Source of the DNA: Octopus bimaculoides
Lineage: Eukaryota
Length of the DNA: 64,000 bases
Reading direction: 5' to 3'
NCBI RefSeq assembly: GCF_001194135.2
Contig: NC_068982.1
Location: forward strand, 8,982,294-9,046,293
In this document: piece by piece, positions 26,200-39,541 of the stretch
How the letters are laid out: every line of letters starts with the position of its first letter
How positions within the stretch are numbered: the first letter of the stretch is position 1
The notes under the pieces: generated by a model
What the model was told of the DNA's origin: nothing
Databases searched by the model: none
Seen by the model: only the letters and a program-made list of their open reading frames with translations
Program-made: the position numbers and the translations under genes

Positions 26200-26445
26200 C
26201 TGTTGCATAGCGGTTCGGCAATAGAGACTGATAGAATAATTACAAAACTGTGATTTATCCTATGTTATGTCCAGCGTATGGAGCCCTCTCGTATCCCGAG
26301 GATCACGCTCTACGGAGAACTTGCATTCAGAACAAGACCCAGAGGTGTCCCGAAATTACAAAGAATAAGTCCTGGCGTCGATTTGTTCCACTAAAGGCGG
26401 TGCTCCAGCATGGCCACAGTCAAATGACTAAAAGAAGGTAAAGAA
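26200..26445 (+). mobile_element. SINE family A 3' half interrupted by an RTE-derived insert (about 26250-26355)
   Basis: agcggttcggcaatagagactgatagaataa and ttacaaagaataagtcc..catggccacagtcaaatgact flank sequence encoding RMEPSRIPRITLYGELAFRTRPRG. Confidence 0.8.
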
Positions 26446-26529
26446 TGAAAGAATAGATAATATATATATATATATATATATGCACTTTTTTGTAAATATA
26501 TCAGAAATATACTTTTATTATAGATAAGC

Positions 26530-26960
26530 ATTTATTCCTTCATTGCCTACAAGGGGCTAAACATAGAGCGGACAAACAAGGACAACAGAATTAAGTCAAT
26601 TACATCGACACCAGTGGTTAACTGGTAATTATTTAATCGACTCGAAAGGATTAAACGGAAAGTCGAACTCGGTGGAATTTGAACTCAGAACGTAACAGCA
26701 GACGAAATACCGCTAAGCATTTCGCTCAGCGTGCTAACTGTTCTGCCAGTTCACCGCCCTTTGCTATAGATAAATATTGAAAATAATGAATGGTCATAAC
26801 ATAAAGGTGGTGAGCAGGTAGAATTGGTATCACGCCGGACAAAAGCTTTAAGTTCAGAATTCTGTAGAGGACGATTTTGCCTTCCATCATTTCTTGGTCG
26901 AGACAATCGACTTGCTCCTTACATTAAAATCGCTGCTATTGTGTCAGAATTTAAAATCAA
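26530..26960. mobile_element. Head-to-head SINE family B pair (minus 26530-26762; plus 26804-26960, decayed)
   Basis: Minus copy includes the full tail (attgcctacaaggggctaaacatagag); plus copy starts aaggtggtgagcaggtagaatt. Confidence 0.8.
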
Positions 26961-27165
26961 TATTAAATGCTGTATATGTTTGTGTGCCTGTGTGCGTATC
27001 AGTACGTGAATTTTGGTTCGAGAGTCGAAGACGCGTGTCAGACGTTTCAAAACACACAATGACTTAACTTCACTTAATTTTTGTTATAATCAATGTTAAC
27101 AGACTTTTTTTTAAATGGTTAACACGAGTAATTTCTACTGCAATCATTTTACATACATGCTCGCG

Positions 27166-27202
<37 letters not shown>

Positions 27203-27449
27203 NNNNNNNNNNNNNNNNNNNNNNNNNNNNNNNNNNNNNNNNNNNNNNNNNNNNNNNNNNNNNNNNNNNNNNNNNNNNNNNNNNNNNNNNNNNNNNNNNN
27301 NNNNNNNNNNNNNNNNNNNNNNNNNNNNNNNNNNNNNNNNNNNNNNNNNNNNNNNNNNNNNNNNNNNNNNNNNNNNNNNNNNNNNNNNNNNNNNNNNNNN
27401 NNNNNNNNNNNNNNNNNNNNNNNNNNNNNNNNNNNNNNNNNNNNNNNNN

Positions 27450-27509
<60 letters not shown>

Positions 27510-27510
<1 letters not shown>

Positions 27511-27697
27511 TTGTGTGTCTGTGTTTGTACCCCCAACTTCGTTTGACAACCGATGCTGGTGTGTTTACGTCCCCTTAACCTAGCGGTTTGGCAAAAGAGC
27601 TTACAAAGAATAAGTCCTGGGGTCGATTTGCTCGACTAAAGGCGGTGCTCCAGCATGGCCGCAGTCAAATGACTGAAACAAGTAAAAGAGTAAAAGA
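27510..27697 (+). mobile_element. SINE family A, 3' half
   Basis: Consensus tail ggcggtgctccagcatggccgcagtcaaatgactgaaacaagtaaaagag. Confidence 0.9.
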
Positions 27698-27754
27698 GAT
27701 ATGTATGTATATATGAATATACATATAGAAACGCATGTACTAATTCATGTATAT

Positions 27755-27815
27755 ATATATGGGAGAATGTACGAAAAATACAACAACAGACGAGGACAGG
27801 TGGTGTATACAGACA
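27755..27815 (-). repeat. Short copy of the repeat tail also at 56650-56705
   Basis: tatgggagaatgtacgaaaaatacaacaacagacgaggacaggtggtgta is the reverse complement of tacaccacctgtcctcgtctgttgttattttttgtatattctcccata, with a few mismatches. Confidence 0.75.
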
Positions 27816-27924
27816 GACATACACACACACGCACACAGACACACATATACGGATGTAAAGCATAAGTCAGAAAGTGAAGCAAGCTGTAAGCAAGTAGTAC
27901 ATTGTAGAAATAAGGTTAAAGCCG

Positions 27925-28138
27925 ATTTCTGGCATTTACGATCGATAGCCAAACGGAGACGATATGCTGTTGTTAACATTGAGTAGCAAGGTCCTTTCCT
28001 CCTCCATTTTCTGGAGATGCCGTTCGCTAGAAAGGCCATATACCAACAATTTGGGGATCTGAAGATCCCACCGTAAAGCTAAGCGTCCTATAGACGTGAA
28101 ATCCAGGATAATGCCATAAACCAGCCTTCCCCATTTTA

Positions 28139-28140
<2 letters not shown>
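27925..28140 (-). mobile_element. Decayed RTE-like LINE fragment
   Basis: Minus strand WDLQIPKLLVYGLSSERH resembles the RTE RxPKxxLYGEL motif. Confidence 0.4.
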
Positions 28141-28173
<33 letters not shown>

Positions 28174-28393
28174 NNNNNNNNNNNNNNNNNNNNNNNNNNN
28201 NNNNNNNNNNNNNNNNNNNNNNNNNNNNNNNNNNNNNNNNNNNNNNNNNNNNNNNNNNNNNNNNNNNNNNNNNNNNNNNNNNNNNNNNNNNNNNNNNNNN
28301 NNNNNNNNNNNNNNNNNNNNNNNNNNNNNNNNNNNNNNNNNNNNNNNNNNNNNNNNNTATATATATGTATATACGTAGCCATCTTTCACTCTC

Positions 28394-28433
<40 letters not shown>

Positions 28434-29337
28434 GCGTGCATGTATTTTCAAATTTCAGTTTAAACCAATCGAAATACTTCACTTGTTCACCCTCCTTCAT
28501 TCCTTTGTTAAGAAGTAGTGCAGATATGAATGAACTCTTCAAAATTGATCTTGTCATCCGTCGTGACTTTCAAATGTGTTTTGTCTCGATCTGAAACATT
28601 TTCCTTCATCATATTCACGCTTTTGCCCCTATGGAACGCTATTTTACTTCCGCACTTGCTCACCTCTATACACATACGCACACCGTACTAACACACACAC
28701 ACCATTCACCTTGAAGCCATTTTCGAACGCTGGTACACCCAAACATGAATCCGCAAATCTTCCTTTCTTAACTAACTCCCTCACCGCCCTGAACAACGTT
28801 TCCACCCGGCTTCTAACCGTTAACCTTTTATTTGTCTGTTTTTCACACGATATATCGCTCTTTCTCACTTCCTGTATACTTGTTTCTCATGAAGCACTAT
28901 CGTCTGCAAAACTGACATCGTCTGCAAAACTGACCTATTTTTCTTTCCATTAAAACATTAAGATAATAACATATTTGAAACTGGTTCCTCAAGCGCTGTG
29001 GTATCTTTTGTTCTTTGTATTTACACTATACATATGTGTGCGTGTGTTTGTGTGCAAGTGTGTGAAAGCGAGGGCGCATGCATAGAATGAAGCACACGCA
29101 CCCACATAACATATGCCTATATGCAAGGTCCAAGTGGCTGCCGAAAATACCACCCAATACGGCAGTCCCTCGGAACCTTCTGCCAGAAAGCTGATCCATC
29201 TTTATTGATGCTCTGGACACAATACAAGCGCGAGTCTAAATCTTCAACGCTCCGATGAGACCTAATGTTGGTGTCAAATGATGAAAAGAATCTCAAGAGT
29301 TTTGTCTAACATGAACTGCCATTAATTAGGACACACA

Positions 29338-29550
29338 AAGGCGGTGAGCTGGCAAGATCGTTAGCACGCCGGGCAAGCACTTAGCGATATTTTGTCCGGA
29401 TTTACATTCTGAGTTCAAATGCTGCCGAGCTCGCTGTTGCCTTTCATCCTTTCAGGATCGATAAAATAAGTACCAGTTGTGGACTAGGGTCGATGTAATC
29501 GACTTATCCCCTCCCGCCGAAAATTCAAGCTTTGTGCCTAATGAAAGAAG
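29338..29550 (+). mobile_element. SINE family B
   Basis: aaggcggtgagctggcaagatcgttagcacgccggg..ttctgagttcaaatgc..gcctttcatcctttcaggatcgataaaataagtaccagt. Confidence 0.9.
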
Positions 29551-30682
29551 GATTAATTAGGGCATATGCCCGATGCACCACACAACTTATAGGTGACTCT
29601 AGCAGCTTGTGAGCGCGAATGGCCATCATCAAGCGAGGCTCTCCTTGATGTCCTAATCTCGCTGGATGAACCCGAACAATCTCGTGACAAAAGACCGTTG
29701 GGATTTCTTCGCACCCTTGGCTACTAAAGAAACTTTACCGTCCGAGCATTCCAGCAATTTCCCAATCCTGAACGCAGCGTCCTTGGCCATGTTTAATAAG
29801 TTGACAATTTCCAACTCATTGTGACTAACGAACTTAGTGCATATTGAAAATTAATGTGCCACCCGACCGGTATTGGCTACGTTGATGCACAGTGGAATTT
29901 GAAAAGTTAAACTTTGACATCAGCCTTAGAAACACNNNNNNNNNNGTCCGAGCATTCCAGCAATTTCCCAATCCTGAACGCAGCGTCCTTGGCCATGTTT
30001 AATAAGTTGACAATTTCCAACTCATTGTGACTAACGAACTTAGTGCATATTGAAAATTAATGTGCCACCCGACCGGTATTGGCTACGTTGATGCACAGTG
30101 GAATTTGAAAAGTTAAACTTTGACATCAGCCTTAGAAACACGTTCAGTCATTTTCTATTTACGTATGGTAAAGTACGGTTTGTTGCCCAGATCAACTTGT
30201 ATATATGTATATGTAAATATATGCATAATACCTGATTGTACATATGTGTGTGCGTGTGAGTGTGTATGTAAGTGTACGATTGTGTGCGTGTGGGCGTATA
30301 TATATCGTTATATGTTGTCATCTATATATATATATCTATTATATAATACGATTAAAAGCATGTGTTGTTTGTAACAATTTGACATACGAGAATGAATCAA
30401 TTGGATATTATGTGTGTACTAAATGTTTTTTCTGTTAGACTAATACTCGTGTACAAACACGACTATGCGTTCTAGTAGTTCTAAAGGCAATCAGAAGGCT
30501 GTGAGATCAATCAACTTAAGAATAGCATTAGATTTTTCTTTTCTGAAATAAATCTTTATAATAGTTAAGCAAAGTTTGAATTATATATATATATATATAC
30601 ATACATAAATTCATTCATTCATATACAACTAAACACACGTACACATAAGTGTTTGTTTATGATCATTTCCATACACACACGC

Positions 30683-30687
<5 letters not shown>

Positions 30688-30768
<81 letters not shown>

Positions 30769-30895
30769 ATATATATATATATACATAATACATAGGTACA
30801 TACATATATATGTATAAATACATGTATATATATGTATATATATATATGTATACATATATATGTATGTACCTATGTATTATGTATATATATATATA
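30688..30895. repeat. (TG)n-(TA)n microsatellite
   Basis: Direct inspection. Confidence 0.95.
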
Positions 30896-31099
30896 TATTC
30901 ACATGTCACTACTCATTTCTTGTCGTTTCCAGAGAACCTGCCCATTTCTCTAAATTTCCCTCAACCGCTTATACCACTTATACCAATTAAGCACACCCTC
31001 ATACTGCCTATATCCCCTCTTCCTCTGTCCCTATTTCTCAAGATGCCTTTCACAATCACTCCAACTAAGTGAACACACATCCACTCATATCTCTCCCAT

Positions 31100-33530
31100 A
31101 ATCTTTCCGAAACTGAGCCTTCTCTTCTTAGCGTAGGCCCATGATTTATCATTCAAACGCCTACGATTTTCAGGCCCACGTTCAGATGAAATAGTTTTCG
31201 CCCTAAAATTTTGCATCTTTTTTCGCAAGTGCCTTTCTACCTTCTCGCCAGTTCACGTCCCCCATTCTCCGTATTTTCCAAGGCATTGCTGTCTCTATCG
31301 ACCATCCCGCGTTCAATTTCTTTTCTATAAACTTAACAACACCCATTCCTGTAATGGATTCTCCTTGCATACGGCCCAAGTACTCTATTCGCTGTTCACA
31401 GTTTGTTAGTTTCTGCTGCGTCTGCAGTGAAAGTTTGACGTAGATATCCACATTCATCATGTGACTAGTAAATTCATTCGACGCTTTTAAAACCCAACAC
31501 ATACCCAAACTGCTCTTTCCCGTGCCCATTCCCTAGATCACATCTCAAACCTTGCACCCCGTGTCTGGAATCCATCTCACACTATTCCTTTTTCCCTTGA
31601 CCTACCACTGCACCATCCTACCGGTATACTATGCCATTCTCTGCCTCTTTCACCGCATACAATTTCTGAATGCCATCTCTTGTTTCTCCCCTTTCGCAGT
31701 CGTTCTTTCTTCTAAGATTCCCTGCAGCCTAAGCAGCCTCCTCGGCCATTGCTCCTCCTTCCTTACATCCCGTCTCCTTCGCGGATCTCTTTCTTGTTCA
31801 TATCGCCACGCTTATACATGGCTTTTCCTTTCAAACATCACCATCACCGGGACCAACCACCGAAATTTGATCTTCTTTGAACAAACCGATCGTGGACTGT
31901 CCGACAGGTTCTCAGAGCGTTTAAGAAACGTCCTAGGAGTCAAGGGCTCGCATGGCTCCTGATCTTTTGAATCTACTTACCAATGCACCCAATATCCTTC
32001 GGTCTTCGGGATGGGCTCTAACACAGAAATCATCCATAATTCGTCACCATAAACGATAACACGTCTTCTCACTCCAGATGTAGACATCTCAATTATTTTC
32101 CGTTATAGTTTCTACCCACCTTCTTCAGTAGTATACATAGTATACCATTGCACAGCGGATCTCTTTCGCAGCTCACAGGTTCCCCAACTGCAGACATATT
32201 CACTCATACGCATATATATTTAACACATTAAAACAGTTTCTACATACATACACGCGCTACCCATCGACTGACCTACACACCTTTCCTTTCAATCACACTT
32301 GGAAATATACAAGCATTTTGTATTCTTGGCACGGACACGTGCGCACACACACGCACACTCTCCCTCTCTCAGGTCATTTGACGTATATAACTACAGACAT
32401 CAACGTGCAGATATACGCAGACCCAAACACATCTACTCTTCGAACACTCACACTAAAGCACATAAATCACTTCAGCCACAACCTTCTCCCTTTGAAGCCC
32501 ACCTAGACCAGCACGAAAATACCCACAAGAACCCACCAACTTTTGACATAAGCAGACTCACAAACGCATTCTCTCGATCAAATACATATGCTCACATGTT
32601 CCACTTATACGCATTCATTGACATGTATGCACGCACTGGGACACAGACACACTCACAAACAAAAGACAGACTCACATATATACACGTGCACTCATTCGCA
32701 CACACAAATTTGTCTTTATTTTGTTCCTCCTGCCTTGGTTGACGACCATTCGCATCTGTACGTCTCTCTCGATACTTTCCACACCATCTTTCAATATACC
32801 ATAAATTCTACCCCATCATATTTTTTATACCTCATACGTTCAAAGATATACATTTATATTTTACGTATGCAAAATAAAGTTTTAAACTTTATTTTTTCCT
32901 CCATGGATTTTACCAGTTTCTCTTCACACTTATCTCCCTTCTGTGCTTCTTATCAGCTTATTGCCATCCGTTGCATAGTCCATCAATTTCTCCGGAGGTT
33001 TTATCAATGATTTGTAAATTTGTATCTTTGGATTTTCTTCACTTCGAAAAATTATAAATTTTCTTTCTTTTTCTTTTTACTTAAAATTCTAGTTTAAAAC
33101 ATGTATTCTGTGAAAAAACGGCTAACATTCATACACAAATCATACACTTTTTGGCATTCACACAGTTACAACCTCCGCATAGCTCTTAGAACACTATTTT
33201 ATTCACCAGCATCTTTTTTACTTCACATTCGCCCCGCACTAAAGTCCAAATACACTTTCTTTCCCCATTTCTACACCTTTACACTTTAACACAACCTATA
33301 CCCTTATAACTTAAATGCCTGTTTCAAACACTTCTATACTACTATTATTCCGTTTAGATACCCGCTACTTTCTGCATTCTTACCAATATACAGCATCATC
33401 CCCAATAGTTTTCTAAATTTTCGTCCACTATTTCTCTAATGCTGAGAACATCTCTTTCACATTTCATCTATGTATGATTTCCTCTGATGAAGGCGTTAGG
33501 TCAGAAACTTTGAAGCACATTTTTCTCATT
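31100..33530 (+). mobile_element. Decayed Penelope-like element with a long CA-rich tail
   Basis: SPCIRPKYSIRCSQFVSFCCVCSE (RT thumb, resembling KxSIPYSQFLRxRRICS), FFEQTDRGLSDRFSERLRNV (GIY-YIG), and a terminal CTGATGA..GAAA hammerhead-like remnant at 33484-33508. Confidence 0.6.
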
Positions 33531-33604
33531 AAATTGTTAATATGTTATTCATATATGTTATCCAATATAATATACTATTCATGTAATGTAGATCACTGTA
33601 TTTG

Positions 33605-33687
<83 letters not shown>

Positions 33688-34121
33688 AGCATGTCTAGAC
33701 ATGCAACTATATGCATGAGAATACCTACAAATCATACAAGATACACAAATATGCACATATACATACATTCATACAATAATAACCTGTTGTTGTTTTTGAA
33801 ATTTCAATGAAAGAGCCTTGGATCTAGGTTAGAAACCGTCTCTTTCTCTATTGGCATGAAATCTTGATATAAAACTGAATATTGACATACATACGTACAA
33901 ACAAATGTACGTACGTACAATAATGATATTCAAGACTTTTTCCCAAGTTCCCAATATGATATTCAGTTCTTTGTCTACCTTCCAATAATGGTGATTAGTA
34001 TCTTTGTAAGAAACCAGCTGCTTCTTCAGAGGAAGATATTATATATATATATATATNNNNNNNNNNNNNNNNNNNNNNNNNNNNNNNNNNNNNNNNNNNN
34101 NNNNNNGTGTGTGTGTGTATG

Positions 34122-34164
<43 letters not shown>

Positions 34165-34864
34165 CTGTGTGTCTCTGTGTGTGTGTGTGTGTGTGTGTGT
34201 GTATTCATTTGTATTTATGAGTAACATCGTAAATGAATAATCTCATTATGTGTAAAATCATTATAAATCTCAAAACCCGACAATATATACGACCCGACTA
34301 TGATTCTTGTGTGGCCATACGAGCAATGGCTTTCTTCTTTGAATGAATGATTAGCTTATAAGGTGTCTTAGTGTTTCTTGCATACAGAAATATTATTAAT
34401 TGATTTTAGCACCATTTTAAACGTGTTGTAGTTGACAATTTGATACACAGCATTTCAATTTTACTTATGATTTATTCAGCTGAAGCCTACGTTTTAAACG
34501 TATTTCAGAATATATTAAATGTTTGCGTAAAAATACGATGAATTAAACGAATGCAATCTGGAACTATCTACACGTTATCCAGAGATATAGTTCTCGTTAT
34601 TCATCTACCTTCCTCCCAATTATCATTTATCTTGGTTGCAAGATTAAGAGTGATTGTATTCAGGATTTTAAACGCAGATGCAAGGCTACATTCTTGCAGA
34701 AGTGTACTGTGAAGTAAATCGTTAACGCAATTCCCTCATACATATTTTTCAACCTTGGAGGAATTTTATGGACGACGCATGCGGTATGAACAGCTGAAGT
34801 AAGACAATTTGTCCCGCGTTCAATTCTCTTTTCGCCTCTCAGGTTTAATAATAATTATGTCTAC

Positions 34865-35293
34865 CAAAGGCAGAAGACCTCAAATTGTGCATGAGGGGAC
34901 TAGTCGATTGCATCGACTCCAGTGTTTCACTGGTTCTTAATTTATCGAACCCGAAAGGATGAAAGACGAATCGACTTCGGCGGAATTTGAACTCATATCG
35001 TGGCGACAAACAAAATACCGCTAAGCATTATGCCTGCCATGCTAACGAATCTGCCAGCTCGCTGTCTTAGGATTAACACTGATAATAATCGTTTTAGATT
35101 TTACCAATTTTGGGTGAGGGGATGAGTCAATTATATCTACCACAGTGTTCAACTGCTATTTATCGGTCCCCTAATGATAGAAGGAATGCAAAGTCGACCT
35201 CAGCGGAATTTGAACTTAGGACGTAAAGACAGACGAAATACTGCTAAGCATTTTGGCTGGCATGCTAACGATTCTGCCATCTCGCCACCTTGT
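34865..35293 (-). mobile_element. Two tandem SINE family B copies (34865-35070, 35100-35293)
   Basis: Both match the reverse complement of the family B body and head. Confidence 0.85.
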
Positions 35294-35399
35294 GCATTAT
35301 TAATAATAACAACATCAACAACAATACTAATAATTATAACACTGTCTGGCGTGCTAACGACTGTTCTACGTCACCATTGTAATAATAATAATAGTAATA

Positions 35400-37310
35400 G
35401 ACCGGTGATAGTACGACTATAGACCAATCTCTTGCTTACCATTATTGTGGAAGCTATTAACAGAAATGCTTTCAGAAAGCATCTACGAACACTTTGATAA
35501 CCAGAATTTACTGCCAGAACAAAAGTGTTGCAGGAAGAAAAACTGGAGGAACGCATGGTCTATTATACGTAGATAAAACCGTTGTAAATGAAATAAAAGT
35601 TAGAAAGAAAAACCTAACAATAGCACGGAAAGATTATAGGAACGCTTATGACGCGATCCCTCATTCTTGGATAAGTGAATGTTTGAGTATATTCAGTATA
35701 GCAGACAACATAAGAGAGCTAATTAGCTTTAGCATGAAGAAATGGAAAATAGATCTCTACTCAGGTGACAACTCTTAGGAAAAGTTAATATCAAAAGAGG
35801 AATTTTCCAGGGGTACTCGTTGACCCCTTTCCTGTTTGTCGTATGTTTGACCCCACTCAGTATTAAGGAAGGGAAAGGCAAGGTTTCTGTTCAGAAATAG
35901 TAAGGGAAAAATTAGCCATTTACTCTACATGGATGATCGGAAGCTTTTTAGTAAGAATGAAAAAGCGACAGATTCCTTAATACAGACTGTAAGACTCTTC
36001 AGCGAAGATATAGGCATGGAATTTGGCATAGATAAGTGTGCAATATTAGTCATGAGAAGGGGACAGGTAGTCAAGAGCGAAGGCATCCAATCACCAGTGG
36101 GCTAGGTATTAAAATCATTGAAAGGAGGAAAGAGTTATATGTATCTAGGAATATTAGAATCTGACAGAGTACTAACTATAGAAAAGAAAAGAAAAGGAAA
36201 ATTGAGAAGTACATCAGAAGGGTGTGGAAGCTAATGAAGTCAGAGCTAAATCGTCCGAATTTAGTGAAGGCTGTTAATACTTGTGTATTCTAAGATACTC
36301 AGCAGCTTTTGTAGATTGGATAAAAACTGAATTAACAAAACTAGACAGAAGAATCAGGAAGGAATTCAATAGGGGACAATATTATACTTACCTAGAAAGG
36401 AAGGCGGAAGATGGTTAATATCAGTAGAAGACTGCGTGGAGTTACATAGAGTGGATATAGACTCTTACGTAGGTAATAGTGAAGAAAGTTTATTAAGATC
36501 TGCTAGAGTCACAGAAAGACGTAGGAAAACCAAAAACCCAAACGAAGTTAAAAACCAGAACAAAGAATAGAAATGATCTGATTGGAAGAAGTCGTTGCAT
36601 GGTAGATTCCTAAAGATAGTTGCAGCAAATAGTAGTAGTGAGACATGGCTATAGTTGCAGAAAGGAAGGCTGAAAAGAGAGACATAAAGTAAGTTTGTAG
36701 CTGTTCAAGCATTAAAGATAGACAAAAGATAGACAAAAATCGAGTGGATTCCCAATGTAGTTTATGCAATCCAAAAGAGGAAAGCGTTACTCATACAGCA
36801 AATGAATGTAGCATGCTGGCACAGAAAGAATATAAGAAAATATATGATAAACTAAGAGTAACCCACAGGGTGTTATGTAGAAAGGTAGGATTTGAACATG
36901 CTAATTAATGATACGATCATGAACCTAGTATAGTGCTAGAAAGTAAGAAATACGAGATGTTGTGGGACTTCATCATTCAAACTGAGAGACTAATAGAAGC
37001 TAGAAGAACTGATTTAGTAGTAGTAGATAACGAGAATAGAAAGTGCCAGATACTTAACTTTACAGTTCTAAATGATGAAAAAGTCAATATGAGCGGCATA
37101 GAACAAATAACAAAGTACATACCCATTGAATTATAGAAAGTGTGGGTAAAATATATTCTCAGTAGTAATAGGGGCATTGGGAACTATCCCTAAAGATCTG
37201 AACAGATGGATAGAGGAAATAGGCAAAATCCCAGTTTAGTACAGCTCTAGAAAACAGTATTATCATGGACAGCTAGGTTACTTAGGTAGATTCTTGGCAT
37301 CTAAGGTTAC
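35400..37310 (+). mobile_element. R4/Dong-clade (RLE-type) non-LTR retrotransposon, 5'-truncated and decayed
   Basis: YRPISCL, DYRNAYDAIPHSWI, KRGIFQG, HLLYMDD (RT), a Cys/His knuckle region near 36750-36830, then LWDFIIQTERLIEARRTDLVVVD (PD-D/ExK RLE) and IGALGTIP. Confidence 0.9.
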
Positions 37311-37319
37311 TTGTTGCGT

Positions 37320-37935
37320 GTATATAAAGCGCCTCAAACTTTTCTTCCGATCAAAACTCAACTCTGGGACCTTGTGACTGTCATCAAAATATGGGCTGTT
37401 GCTGTAGTCAGTTATAGTGCATTCATCCTGAAATGGACACAAGCGGAGGTTAACCAACTCGATCGTACTACCCGAAGGACGATGACAATGCCCTCAACCC
37501 TAAGGAAAATGTACACAGACTTTACATGAGGATTTGTAAATGTGGACGTTGGTTGATTAGCGTACAGGAGTGCATCAACAATGAAAGAAGAAACATGGCA
37601 ACATATTTGGTAAACAGCAAACAAGACCTGCTAGAGTATGCTGCTAATGCAGGATTTACCAAACATGGACTTCAGAGTGCTTGCTAATTCCGATCACGAA
37701 TAGCCAACGAGAGAAAAGAAACTCTACTCTGCATGGAATTACATGGTCAGTTCCACTGTGAAACTAACAAATTAAAAGATCCGGATGTATCATGGAAATG
37801 GCTCAGCAAAGCTGGCCTAAAAACGAAGACTGAAAGGCTAACTATCGTTGCCCAGGACCAGGCATTGGATACCATTTCAGTGCAAAAATGACATACTTAA
37901 ACCAGTAAATTGAAACGATCGTAAATGCTACCTTC
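37320..37935 (+). mobile_element. Second R4/Dong-clade fragment
   Basis: LVTVIKIWAVAVVSYSAFILKWTQAEVNQLDRTTR, HGQFH and SWKWLSKAGLK..AQDQAL motifs of the post-RT region. Confidence 0.8.
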
Positions 37936-38167
37936 ATCTCTGCTTCCTCCTTTGTTCCCTAATTAAATTAAAGGCATACCAGCGAAAACCACGAGTTTAC
38001 CCTTATTATATCCATTTTCTTCTATATAACATAAACTACGGTTTACCAATCGAACCACCTGCTACCGTGCAACCTTACAAAAGACTGTACCTACCCAGGT
38101 AATAAGGAGGAGCGACTTTGGATTTAATTATCCCTTAGAGGTATTAAACCCCTCTAATTTATTCCTA

Positions 38168-38198
<31 letters not shown>

Positions 38199-38578
38199 CC
38201 ATACAGTGCAAGTAACACACTTTGGTAAGACGTTGTGCCTATTTCATATTTAGCAACCGATTCATGTATTATCTATTGTCAGTCGTAGCTCATTGATATT
38301 TATTGGTGTGTTTATTAACACTGTCGAAATGAATTGTAAAATGGCTGTACATTTATTCATCTTTCAGTACTACNNNNNNNNNNNNNNNNNNNNNNNNNNN
38401 NNNNNNNNNNNNNNNNNNNNNNNNNNNNNNNNNNNNNNNNNNNNNNNNNNNNNNNNNNNNNNNNNNNNNNNNNNNNNNNNNNNNNNNNNNNNNNNNNNNN
38501 NNNNNNNNNNNNNNNNNNNNNNNNNNNNNNNNNNNNNNNNNNNNNNNNNNNNNNNNNNNNNNNNNNNNNNNNNNNNNN

Positions 38579-38690
38579 ATAGAATGCAATAAAATAATAT
38601 AAAACACAAGATGCAATAAAATGGGAGAAATGAATTGAAATAAAATGCAGTAAAGTGAAACAATATAGAATATAAAAGAATTAATAGAGA
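38579..38690. repeat. Degenerate (AATAN) pentamer repeat beside a gap
   Basis: agaat/aaaat/gcaat pentamer periodicity. Confidence 0.7.
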
Positions 38691-38736
38691 ACAAGATGTT
38701 TTCATTTTCCGAAATAAGTTGGTGGCTATAAAACTA

Positions 38737-38770
<34 letters not shown>

Positions 38771-38779
38771 CAAAAAATG

Positions 38780-39470
38780 GGATAAGAACGCAAAACATTC
38801 AAACAGTTAGGTGATATAAAGAAGGGACAACAAAACTTCCAGTCAGACGATACAATTGAAACGAGGACGGGTCATTCGGAGTTTTCTTTCCTCAGTCGAG
38901 TTTCAGTATATCTTTACGATTTCGGCTGGTTATACTCGAGATTGCTCCAATCTGGCCAGCCCCAAGGAAAAACTAAGCTAAGAGCATTAGATTCCTTGGA
39001 AGAAAGCAGCGAATATATACGAAAACAAGGACGGAAAAATAACAGAGATGTTACATCAATACACATGCAATAAACAGGACGTAACAACAGGTGTCTTGCG
39101 ACTAAGGACGAATTATATTGAGCTGGCGTGTGTGGAAGTAAAGCCTTACGGCAGGGACAAGAGATGACAGGCATGGGGAGGAATATAGATGTTGCACGGA
39201 TAGTAGTCGAACCAAGAAAGAAAGGTCAGGCTTGGCCGAACACTGGTCACGTGGGGAGAGAAGAGAGAGAGAGGCAGAGGAATAGAAGAATTAAGGGGGG
39301 CGAGAGAAAACTTAAAGAGACACGGTGAAGTGAAGGAGGAGGGAGAGTGAGCATGAAAAGAAGGCAGGAAATGTGAGAAAGGGAGAACGAAAGAACAAAT
39401 AGTGGAATGAACGAAGTATGAAAGGGCTGATAGAAAGAAGGAAAGAATAGAAAGAGTAATACAGCCGTAA
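38780..39470 (-). mobile_element. Probable Penelope-like terminal (pLTR-type) repeat
   Basis: Minus strand is pyrimidine-rich and carries a hammerhead-like CTGAGGA..CCGAA at 38895-38875; overall layout resembles the other PLE tails. No protein motif seen. Confidence 0.4.
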
Positions 39471-39486
39471 AAAATTTATATATATA

Positions 39487-39541
<55 letters not shown>

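Noticed and set aside
29740-30141. Exact 196-bp direct repeat (29740-29935 and 29946-30141)
   Set aside because: Identical copies abut a 10-N gap; typical of overlapping contig ends, so most likely an assembly artefact.
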